From contig CM052817.1 in the NCBI GenBank assembly GCA_028534125.1, forward strand, positions 20,648,001 to 20,712,000: DNA of 64,000 nt, written 5' to 3'. A program made the position numbers and the translations under genes. Source of the DNA: Lama glama (taxonomy: Eukaryota). The notes beneath the pieces are model-generated. The model did not search any database, had not been told where the DNA came from, and worked only from the letters and a program-made list of their open reading frames with translations. Below are positions 1 to 11,390 of this stretch, in pieces. Each line of letters opens with the position of its first letter. Positions within the stretch are counted from its first letter, which is position 1.

Positions 1-2070
1 CCTTCCCTGCTCTTCTCCTCTCACTGTGCTGTCTTTTGACTATGCCTTTATGAGTCTGTTGACACTCACTTGCTGTTTGTCACCTCCAAACTGCTATTGT
101 CCCATATCCTGTCAAGCAGGCATGCTCTGTCCCTACAAAATTTTACTGTCTAGGAGTTAGTAGATAACATTTTATAATTCTTTTGGTTTCTGCATGCCAC
201 TAAGCAAAATATATTTTAAAAATAAGTTACTCAGTGAAGATTTACAGGTTATTTGAAATTCCTTTCAGCAGTAATGATAATGAAAATACTCACCTGGAAC
301 AGGTAAAACACTTGGACCCTAGAAAAACTTTTGATGCAATCATCAAAGCAGAATTTCCTGAGAGTAACGCGTAAAATCAAAACAACCACAGCATATTTAA
401 CATCTGTAAGATGGACTGAAGATTATTGACATGGCCAAGATAATATGTCCCAAAAGGGCTGATGATTATTAATCTTACAGCTGGAGTTACAACAAACCAG
501 GTGATACAAACTGACCTCTTTCGGAGGGTAGGAATTTGCAACAGGGAAAGAAACACCTCTAGTTTAAACCACACCAACTTTCAAAGAAGCTGCCTTGTGT
601 TATTATCTCGGTCCAGTGCTTCTAACATATTTTAAAATTCTTTTAGCATCTACATTCTGTATAAGCAAATAAGGAACTGAAAAATTTAGCTTGATTGACT
701 TAAAGGAAGTAATCTGCATGCCGTTAGATCAGTGAGACTAGATTCTAGTTCCTCCTCATGACGCCATTGTATGGGAAAGGCAGAATGGTTAAAAGTGCCA
801 GATGGGTGCACCTGGTCTGATATGTCCTCAGTGGCTTTTTGTTGATTCTAATTAGGCTAATTTATCTGCAGTTTTCTTTTTAGAACGGCAGTGTATTTGA
901 ATTTTTTCCCTATGATGTTTGTTATTTAATGTTTTGCTCTGTTTTTTAACATGGAGTTTAGGGTATTTATCAAATGTTTGTATCAACCTGCCATAATTGT
1001 AGTTCCATCCCATTTCATGTTATTTTCTAACTGCTGTCAAGGTCTTATTTTGGCTTTATTCCTTACTATTACTGTATGGCATTATTAATACATGTTTTGG
1101 CCCTAGACATTATAGGAACATCTGAATAGCAAAGCACTTATATTTCACGGTAGCCAGTATGGATTTGACATGGAAACCCGCTTGTTTTTAACTTTACAAA
1201 GACCTTTGCTCCTTTTTTCCTTAACTGACATTTTTATTTCTTCCTTTATGTGATTCATCTTTCAGTGAAATATGTTTTTATACCTTCCTTCCACCAAAAT
1301 GAAAAAGGGTTGTCTATGTTTTAAGAGATTATATTTTTAAGTTTATAAAGCATTTTCTTTGTTAAATTTTTAAATTTCAGAGAAATTTAGTAGATCTTAA
1401 TTGGCATAATAAAATTTAATATTTACGAATACTAATTTTTAAGGTCTTTCATACACTAACTGAATATAATGGGGTCTACAAAAACTTTGGGTGATAATAA
1501 GCTTTTAAAAACCTAATACTGAAATTTAATGGCTTTAGGTAGTAGCAAACTTTTAAAACCTCAAATGACAACTATTTCATTCACCTCAGTACACACCTAG
1601 CATCACAGTAGGTTCTTGAGTTGAGCCTTATAATATAAAAATACAATAAAAAATAATATAAATACAATCTTCTTTAAGTACTCTGGCAGGAGACACCTCT
1701 TAATCTTTGTTAAAGAGGAAACACTAGGTCAATGAGCGACACATCATTATAATATGCAAATTTTATGACTAATTCAGTTGTAGTTAGTGATGATTTCCCT
1801 CTGTGGCTAAGGCATCCCAGAAGTGGATAAAGCAACTAATGAGAGAGGTGTGTGTTTAATCAGTTAATCACAAATTTCACATAATTTTTAAGGTACCTGA
1901 ATAAAGAGAACATCCAAGGCTTTGTATCTTGTTTTTAAAGGGATGTTAGATTTTCACTTAATTGTTAATGTTATTAATCACTAGGACCCTAATTGGAGAC
2001 ATTTACTCACCTGGAACATAGCTGAATTCGAGGGTAAAAGGAGAAATATATTCTATGCAAACAGATTCCA

Positions 2071-2570
2071 NNNNNNNNNNNNNNNNNNNNNNNNNNNNNN
2101 NNNNNNNNNNNNNNNNNNNNNNNNNNNNNNNNNNNNNNNNNNNNNNNNNNNNNNNNNNNNNNNNNNNNNNNNNNNNNNNNNNNNNNNNNNNNNNNNNNNN
2201 NNNNNNNNNNNNNNNNNNNNNNNNNNNNNNNNNNNNNNNNNNNNNNNNNNNNNNNNNNNNNNNNNNNNNNNNNNNNNNNNNNNNNNNNNNNNNNNNNNNN
2301 NNNNNNNNNNNNNNNNNNNNNNNNNNNNNNNNNNNNNNNNNNNNNNNNNNNNNNNNNNNNNNNNNNNNNNNNNNNNNNNNNNNNNNNNNNNNNNNNNNNN
2401 NNNNNNNNNNNNNNNNNNNNNNNNNNNNNNNNNNNNNNNNNNNNNNNNNNNNNNNNNNNNNNNNNNNNNNNNNNNNNNNNNNNNNNNNNNNNNNNNNNNN
2501 NNNNNNNNNNNNNNNNNNNNNNNNNNNNNNNNNNNNNNNNNNNNNNNNNNNNNNNNNNNNNNNNNNNNNN
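2071..2570. other. Assembly gap (500 N)
   Basis: Run of exactly 500 N. Confidence 0.99.
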
Positions 2571-4227
2571 AAGGATGCCAAAAAAAGATATTTTCCCTCT
2601 AGACCTGGACACCTACTTTTGTATAGAAGATTGTTCTTTAATCTTTAAGGTTTACAAATTGATGAGAAAGATACTATTTTCATATTCCTTCTTTACGATT
2701 TTCTGTTCTGAATTCACCGATTAATTCTTAAATAAGATTTAATCCCATGTCTCCTTTCAGAATATCTCTCGAAAGTGTTACCTAGATATATATTTTTGTT
2801 TCTGCTTTCCCAGAGCTTATGATGTATCAAAATGTTTAAGAACACAAAACTTGTTCAGTTAAAAAATCTTTATGCAATACACCTGACAAGTAACATGATT
2901 AGAGTTTATCTCTTAATATAATGAATATTTTCAGTGAGATTCTGATCAGTAATTTTCAACTTTCATTTCTAGCTTAGTTCATTTTTTTTAAACTGCTATT
3001 TTCTGGAAAAAGATTCTAGACAGGCTATTATTATAGCCAGTCACCAAACCTAAAGGCAACTTCCTGAGGTTGCTGGTGTTTTTCTTATTGCTTACCCAAA
3101 AAGGATTTTAAAAAATCTTCATATATATTTATGCTTATGAATTTCACTTCTTTGTGGATTTCTATAAAAAAATTAAAAATAATTCAGGAAAATATTTTTA
3201 AATTTGGAAAGAAATTTGAATTTCTTTTTATAAGATTAAGAATATGAAAATATATGATTGTAAAAAAAAGTTAATTATTTCTATTATCCTATTCAACATG
3301 TGGGTTTTTCAAAATGTATTAATCAGTAATTCATTCGTGTTCTGTATTTTGAACATTTGAGCATTTTGATACAACTTTATATCCTCGTTTAACTCCCAAG
3401 TATTCTCACCATTATTGCCAGGAAGGTTTACTCAACCAAAATATAATGTATAGTTTTCCATAATTTATAATTTTCATTCCACTTACAGATTTATGAATAA
3501 AGTTTCCGCTCAACTCAAGAGGAATTTCACAACTTAGAAGCGCAGAGAGTGAGATTCTGGATGTATATAATTAAAGAGTGGAGCTAAAATGCTTGCATGA
3601 TTAAAGGAAATGAAAAATTAGAAGTATTTATAATGGCTGAATTGTGAAATTATAATCAGGCTCAGTGTGAAGTACTATGATTTCCATTCCGGTGGTCGTT
3701 TCAGTAATCTCTTGCCTGATGGAGTTACTATTCTTTCCCTGTGCACGTGTTCACATTTTCTGCATATTTTACATTATGAGAAGCTGCCTAATTCCATGTT
3801 CCGAGAAGTGTTTGGTACAAACACTTCTGTGGAATAAGGTTTCTCTTTAAATAAGAAAAGTAATGTACAAATATTTTCCATAGATACATACTCCAAAATA
3901 TACATATTTCTCTATCTCTAAGCAATGAGATTATCCTTTTCCAAATAAATACAAAAAGGCAAATGTCAAAGCTTTATCTTTCTTAGATATAAGTATGATA
4001 TAATAAATGAAATTCAAAGGATGTTGTAAGGATAGACATTGGAAAAGGAAAAAAATGAATTAGAAAAAGCTACAAACATAAGGTATGTTTTGGATCAGGT
4101 TCTAATCTCTCAGCGATGGTAACATTTCTATTCTCCAGAGAGATTTGATCATGTTTCTCTGAAGCTATTTGTTGTGTTTAAAATAATAGACCATCATTAT
4201 TGGAAGGGCCTTTACAAATCATCTAGT

Positions 4228-4405
4228 CTAATGGTTCTTAACTAACTTGAGTTTTGAGACACTTGGTGAATATGATGAGGGTTCAAGACCCTCTCACTGG
4301 ATAATTACACACTTGCCCAGAATCACAGTTTTGCACAAAATTCTGTGCAATTTCCAGAAATTCTCATTAATCAGACAACCCACAGATACAATTTAAAAGC
4401 CTCTG
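4228..4405. mobile_element. Degenerate hAT-Charlie-type MITE fragment
   Basis: ggttcttaac...gaatatgatga...gaccctctc...acac...ttttgcacaaaatt resembles ancient Charlie-derived MER elements. Subfamily not assigned. Confidence 0.45.
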
Positions 4406-4698
4406 ATTATTCAAAGTTCATCTTATAAATGTGTTGAGACCCAGAGAGAAAAAAAGATGCCTTAACTCCAACTCCATTGACCTTTTCATACCTCTCCAAG
4501 TTGTCCAGCCATCTGCACTGGTAATGTTCCAAACAGACTCCCGCCCGATATTCATTTTTTTTCTATTTCTATGACCGGAAGGAAACAGAAATGTGTGGAA
4601 GGGATTTCCACTTTCCATTAGAGACTAGTCCAGTTCTGCTACCTAATTTTGTCTTTATAGATGGAAAAAGTATTTTGTCCTTTCTCTGTTATGCAAGC

Positions 4699-4726
4699 GT
4701 GTATGTGTGTGTGTATGTGTGTGTGT
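4699..4726. repeat. Interrupted (GT)n microsatellite
   Basis: gtgtatgtgtgtgtgtatgtgtgtgtgt. Confidence 0.85.
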
Positions 4727-5754
4727 CCATCACCATTTCAAAGCTTAAATAGGTTATTCCCTCTTTCTGTTAAGTGTTTGCTTCTGCATCCATCTGCCAA
4801 AGAATAATGTGGACTGAGTTTGCTGTCCAGTGGCAAGCACTTGGATGCTGTGTTCTTATTTCCCACAGATACTACCTGATTTTCAAATAGGCTGAGATGT
4901 TCTTTTGCTGTAAACAATAAGGAATTATTTTGAACCTCTTAAAGTTAGAGCTTTGTGATGACTAAGGCACAGCCAGAGGAATCACTTTTATCACATTCAT
5001 TTAATCACAGTTTAAGGGGCTGTCAATGTCAGCACTGCGTGCTTCTCTCTTGTTCTGAGTAATTGTCAAAAGGTAGGTTCTGTTTTTGTGTCACTCTTCT
5101 TAAAAAAAAGATGATCAGTGGAACTTGGTAGGGAGGAACTGACTGACAGACTTCTTGCCACTTCTTTCTGCTCCTTAAAAACATATATCTCTGAGAGCAT
5201 CTCTTGAGGTGGTGAAGCACCAGGTAGAGCGGGGATTTTCCAGAGCAACATGGGAAACATATTTGTCTTCCACAGCTTCCTTTGGAGGCTATAGAAATGA
5301 AATTAAAAATACAGTACAATTTCCATCTATATACTAGTTGGAAGACAAATTGTTAAACCTGAAACTCAAATGTAAGTTTTCTTAAAAGCATCACTGCAGA
5401 TTCATCCATTACATTGTGATTCATCTTGGCTTCCTCCTGTAACCAGGTTCCTCCTATAACTGTGATCTCGGAGGAGTGATACTTCTGAGACTTTGAAAGG
5501 CAACAATGTGAGCCAGAGAGTCCCTTCGTTCCTTTATGGTTATTGGGAAGCATAAATGAGATAACAATACATGAGAAATTCTATTATAAACAAAATACCA
5601 CAAGATGATACAGAAGCTGTCTGTAAATCTTTAAATGTGTCATCTGAGTCTATCATCACCTAATGGCCAGAGTCTTAAGAGTTCTTCCCACTTCTATTCT
5701 TCCTTTCCAGTTTATGGTGGGCATTTTGTTGGAAGCTGTGAATTCAAGATATTT

Positions 5755-5890
5755 GTCACTGTCTTGGGGGACAGTCTGTAACTTCCATCTGCACAATTTC
5801 CACATCCTCAAAATAGTGACTGTAATACCTGCCTCTTTAAAATCCTAAGAAAAATTGAGTGAAATAATGTATGTGAAAACCATTTGCCAA
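5755..5890 (+). mobile_element. MIR SINE fragment
   Basis: caatttccacatcctcaaaatagtgactgtaatacctgcctc...tgaaataatgtatgtgaaaac is similar to the MIR core. Confidence 0.55.
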
Positions 5891-7823
5891 TTGCCGTTGC
5901 TAAAGAGAAAAAAGTGATAGTTTCACTCTCCTGAAAATCTCGCGGTAAATAAAGTCATCAAAACTGATTCAATCTGCAGAACCACATATCTGAACCTGCT
6001 TGGATATCTGTGACAATGTCTGGAACAGAAACATTCCAGGCCTCCCAATACAGAGCTGAACCAATCCATTTAGATTTTTCATTCAAAAGAGAGGGAGCTG
6101 GATGACCATCACTCCAGCAATTATTATATAATACAGGTTAAAGCCAGTCAATGAGAGGCTACAAAATGGGCAGAGCACATCTTACAGGCTGAAGAATCTT
6201 CACAAGGGAGCGTGAGGAGAAACGTGTGTTTTCTTGGTAAGAAATGTGTTAGTTTATACTGTGGAATCACAGATAGGTCATACTGAGATAAGGGAAAGCA
6301 TTTCTGATAAACAGAAGCAAATCAGCAAGGCACATCCAGCAGCGGGACTGGGAGCAGTTTCACAGCATCTGTCAGAGGCCAGTGGAACTGGGGAGAGCAT
6401 TAGCGAAAATCCTGCCCTTGGTCCAGACACCACTGGTAGGGAACATAAAAACCACAACAAAAAAAATACGGATGGTTCAGCAGAAGTCTGCTTCTCCAAA
6501 ACATTGCCTGCAGCCAATGCATTTTCCTTTAAATCCCTAAAACATTGAAGTAAAGTTTTATGATCAATATTACCAAAACACATTATGCCTTAGGGACAAG
6601 TTCTTCAGCATCCAATGTCAATTTGCCATATAATTCTTTTGTTATTTGAAAAGAAAAGATCCTTGTGCTTAAATATTGAGAGCCAAACTAATGGTCCAAA
6701 AGGCGTAGCTATAGGTGAAAAATCAAATCCAGTAGTAGTTGGGTGTATGTTTTCAGAAACAAAAGAGACCTTGACCTGTACAAAAGCCAAAGATATAATA
6801 GAGAACTGAATTATGGATATACTAGGCAGGCATTTTTATGGTTGAAACCTTAGCTTTAAATATCGCCTGGTGCCATTTTCTTTCCTTTTATTTTAGGCTA
6901 TTAATTGTGGTTATAAGGATTGGTCCCCGGGTGGATTTTGTACCTAGCTTAAATTCATTTCTTTGGTCTAGTGAGTCCCACTTGGTCACCCCCACCCTTA
7001 CTTTGGAGTATTGAATACAAGGATGATTAAGGAGAGGGAACCAAGGCAATGGAGGTAGTTCACTGGGGGCACCTGCAGGGGATTTATAACTTTTCTCTTC
7101 CTACAGAGAATCAACTAACTGACCCCAGAACGATTCTCCGCAGCCTGTTCAGGAACCCTAGTTTCTTATCAGACATCTCTACATGTTCTGCCTTCCAAAA
7201 TAACTTCTATTGGTGTCTTTTGTCTGGGTCTCTGTTTTGTAATAGAGCATCGTAAGAAATCATTCATTTCTTATTTTTCAAAAAGTGATTTCAGTATTTC
7301 TTTTTTAAGAAAAAAAAAGGTGAAAAAAGCCTAGTCCTGACAGAGAACCAAGTACTGGTCAGTTGAGGCTTGGAAGGGAAGCTAGTAACTGAGGTTTTCT
7401 ACACAGGAAATAATATCCTTTTAAAAACAACAACAACAAAAAAAGAAAGAAAGAATTAAGAATTTTTCAGAATCCCTGTACACTGTTAGTTTAGGAAATT
7501 TTCTGTTGATTTGTAAACTAACCTCTGTTTCTTCTGATTATTATAGAATGGTTATTTTATAATGGCTCGTTTATCAATATATTGTGGCCTTGTTAATGTT
7601 AAGAAGGACATTCCAAATCCTTACCTAATGAAGCCTGGCGTAGTCTTGCCATGATGCTCCCATCATCAGATGCTGCATTTTCCTTGGTGCTAGTGACCCA
7701 GGGTAAATAGAAAATTGTTGTGTGGAAATAACCTGTCTAACATTTCAGGCCCTTAATAAGTGCTGAAATATTACATAACTTCACGAATAAGACAACATCG
7801 TAGTCTAAAATGCAGGCAAACCC

Positions 7824-7878
7824 TGTGTTTTTATTTACGTTACATAAAAATTGTGTTTTTATTTACGTTACATAAAAT
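7824..7878. repeat. Two-copy 28-bp tandem duplication
   Basis: tgtgtttttatttacgttacataaaa(a)t repeated twice; the second copy is one A shorter. Confidence 0.95.
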
Positions 7879-8699
7879 TGTTCTCCTGTCATGAGAATTT
7901 TGGCATGTAGAATTATTTCTGGTCTTTAGAATGTATTTAGCTTAACTATTCAGGAAAATCTATTATATATATATTTTTTTTTTCAAGATTTGAGTCACCT
8001 TTCCAATATAGGAAAAGATGCAATCAAGCTTACATTTAAATAGAAAGTTGGGTCACTGGATCTGGAGGGGAAAAAAGTTAAGAAGTAATTGAAGGATATA
8101 AAAAGGACCTACAGAAGAACCTCCTTTTCACCTTGTCCCAAAATGCAGGGTAAAAGTAGATACTCTCAATTAAATTAAAGAGTAGCAAATTTAGAATTTC
8201 TTTTTGTAGCAAGTAATCAACCTGTGGGATTTAAAGCCTTGGCTGGTTGAGTTAAATCTATGTCTAGAGTTTAAAAACAAATAGATAATTTCATGGCTGT
8301 AGAAGTTTAGGTGATGGTTTAGGAATAAGCAAATCTCATGCTTTCAGGCTTATAGGGATATATAGACAAAAGAAACCTCTTCCCAGAGTAAAACACAACT
8401 GGGGACATGTTGTTTACTTCAAACCTTAGACATTTGTCAATGTGAGAAAAGAGCAATCCAGGTAGACAGATTCTATGATCCTTGCTCTCTGTTGAGTCAT
8501 AAAATTTATGACTGGGTTTATTGTGTCCTGGGAGAGATAAACAAGCAAAAAAGAAAAAATTCATAAGTATACTTTCTCTAAAAGTCCATACTTGATCACT
8601 TTGAGAATAATAAAAAAATACATTCCTTCAATTTTTTGTTTTGTGGCAATAGGTTTTCCTGTTAATGGGTGTGTATATGTGTGTTTTTCCATTAGGTGT

Positions 8700-8718
8700 T
8701 GTGTGTGTGTGTGTGTGT
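8700..8718. repeat. (TG)n microsatellite
   Basis: Perfect TG run. Confidence 0.9.
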
Positions 8719-9721
8719 TTGTACAGTGACAGAGAGACAGAGGAATTTTTACCACTGTTATGTAACTTTTGTTTTAGGCGAAGTAAGCTTTCCCCAAGTT
8801 GTCTCATCTAGACATCCACTAAACTATGACAAATATATGTCATGTGCATGGGCCTGCCATTTATTTTAGTCTATGACATAGAGATGTATTTTTATCTTAA
8901 GAAAATAAACATAAAAGCTTGTTTTCTCAAGTAACACATACGCACTAGCTGTATAGATGGGGCTATTTTTTCCTCCAAAAATATGTAATTAGTCTTTTTT
9001 CTGTAATTTCCCTAGTGAGGCTTAATGACTTTATAGTCAAGTTGTTGTCTAGCTGATAAATCCAACAAGTGTTATGAAATATAATGGAAAAAAGCGCTGG
9101 TCTAGTTCAAAGGCAGGCTAGGCTCCATATACCTTTATAAGTATGTTTTTTCCCCTCTTTACATGTTAACTGTGATAAGTACCTTCTCTTGTCTTAATTA
9201 TGAAAAAGGGACTTATTTTAAACTATGGCAAAGTTATCAATGATCCAACATGCTGATGGTATAGGGTGTCATTATTTTATCCTTATTAAGGAAATTTACA
9301 TTTCTCAATAAGACGATTCTTAACCTAAATAAATGATTTTCTAGGAAAGGTCTTTCAGGCCATGATTATCCTAATGGAGTATATTTCAGGGTATCACTGT
9401 AATCCCAAATTCTTCATGTACTTCTATTTTGGCAACCCTAGGCTTGTTTCTTCATCCAGGGAGAAGAAAAATGGATTCAAGATCTTGGATTTATGCCCCA
9501 CAGCTGCCAAGTCCCCTGCAAAGTGACGTCATTGCCCACATAGCCAGGCCAGGGACACCAGTTAGCGTTCCCGTTCCGTATTTAAACTCTATTATCATCT
9601 CTGAAGGTATTTTTGTTTCTAGTTCCTATAACTGACCACTGGAAAAACTCAGGCTTGATCACAGGCTATTTCTGTGAAGTGTATTTCTAGCACAAATTGA
9701 ATCTGTGTTTAGAAAACACCA

Positions 9722-9880
9722 CATAATAATCATATATTGAGCACCTAGTGTTTACTGGTTTATATACGGTATTTCTAATCTTCCTAATAACCCTGCAATG
9801 TAAATTTTATTACACTCAGTTTGCAAGGAGTAGAAGAGACCGACCGATTGCTGCAGAGTCCCAAAGCTAACATGGCTGGA
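9722..9880 (-). mobile_element. MIR SINE fragment
   Basis: taataatcatatattgagcacc...taatcttcctaataaccctgcaatgtaa...ttttattac is the reverse complement of the MIR 3'/core region. Confidence 0.6.
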
Positions 9881-10131
9881 AGCAGTGAGAAGAACAGTGT
9901 TGTGGTTATGCCATGGAGTCTGATACTAGCCACGTGGGATCACTTCAGTTTGGTCACTTTAACATTATGACCATTGCAACTATGTAACTGATAGACACTA
10001 AACACGTAATATAAAGATCAGTTATCTTCCTTGCTTTAGTTATCATGAAAGTTAACCTTATTTCTCATAGTCCCTTCTATCTCTAAAATAGATGAGCTAG
10101 ATACACACTTGGCCAGCATTTTAATGCAGGG

Positions 10132-10484
10132 GGTACTTGTTTGCTGGGGCTGCTGTAACAAAATAGCTGGGGGGTTTAATAACAGAATTTTTTCCTCATA
10201 GTTCTGGAGGCTGGAAGTCCAGGATCAAGGGGTAGGAAGGTTTGGTTTTCCATGAGCCCTCTTTCTTTGGGTCGTGGATGTCCTCCTTCTGGCTGCAACC
10301 TTGCATAGCCCTTTCTCTGTGCATATGCACCCCTGGTCTTTCTGTCATCTTACGAGGATACCAGCCCTATTGACTCATCTAACTTTAATTACCTCTTTAA
10401 AGACTCCTTCCCCAAATACAGCCATACTGGGGTGTTAGGGCTACAGAATATGTATTTGGGGATAACACAATTCAGTCCATAACA
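10132..10484 (-). mobile_element. MaLR solo LTR (MLT1A/C-like)
   Basis: gggctgctgtaacaaaata...catagttctggaggctggaagtccaggatcaag...caattcagtccataaca. Flanked by a near 5-bp TSD, caggg/gaggg. Confidence 0.85.
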
Positions 10485-10934
10485 GAGGGAGAGAAAATTA
10501 TTTCATTTGCCATTGAAACAGTCTAGGAAACACTGTGTACTCCACTACAGGGCAAAGGTGGGTCACCATTACCCTGTATTGTGGGTCTGAGTATGGTTTA
10601 ATCTCATGTCTGGGTAAAGTGGATTTCATTTATCCAAGCAACATATGTCTGCAGAGGGACTCTCCCTAAAGCTGTTGGTTCTACTTGGACAGGCAAACCG
10701 TAGCCTCAGAAAAATATCAGGGAAACCTGGGCAGTCATACATTTATCATAGGTAGTGAATTTACAAATAGTATCTATTACACACGTTAATACCTAGATAT
10801 ACAGATATACTATAATATCTATTATACATGTTAGGGAAAGTGATTGGTAATGGATGAGAGGCTTGGCCTCAAGATTCATGCAAACCCATAATAGACATAC
10901 AGGTATCTATGAAAACATATCATGTGCAAGTTCC

Positions 10935-11140
10935 TTGTTGCTTACTATGTCAGGAACTGTGAGACATTATCTGTTTAATTCCTACTAAAAACTGAGGAGA
11001 ACATCATTTAATATTATTTTCCCCATTTCATGTGTGGGGAAGTTGAGCCCCTAAGAAGCTTTGAAACTTCTTCAAGAGCAAAGAGCTGGAAAGTGTAGTA
11101 GGTATGTCTTTTAAATTCTCTAAATCCATGCTCTAAACCG
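10935..11140 (-). mobile_element. MIR SINE
   Basis: cttactatgtcaggaactgtg...tttaattcct...attattttccccatttca...gaagttgag...aagagctggaaagt. Confidence 0.65.
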
Positions 11141-11336
11141 TATTGACCGATAAACCAAAATATGAAGAGATGACTTGACACATGTCTCCATTAGCATTTG
11201 TAGTAATGGCATGTGGTTCTGTATCTACAGGTGCCTGTTCCTTCTTGCAGGAAGGGGCGGTGATTGATTCTTCTTTACAGTAACAGTGTTTAACACTGTG
11301 CTTATGCTCTGGTAAGGCTTGGTAAACACTGGACTA

Positions 11337-11390
11337 AGGAGGAAGGAAGGAAGGGAGGGAGGAAGGGAGGAAGGATGGCAGGAAGGCAGG
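11337..11390. repeat. (GGAA/GGGA)n purine-rich simple repeat
   Basis: aggaggaaggaaggaagggagggaggaagggaggaagg. Confidence 0.85.
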
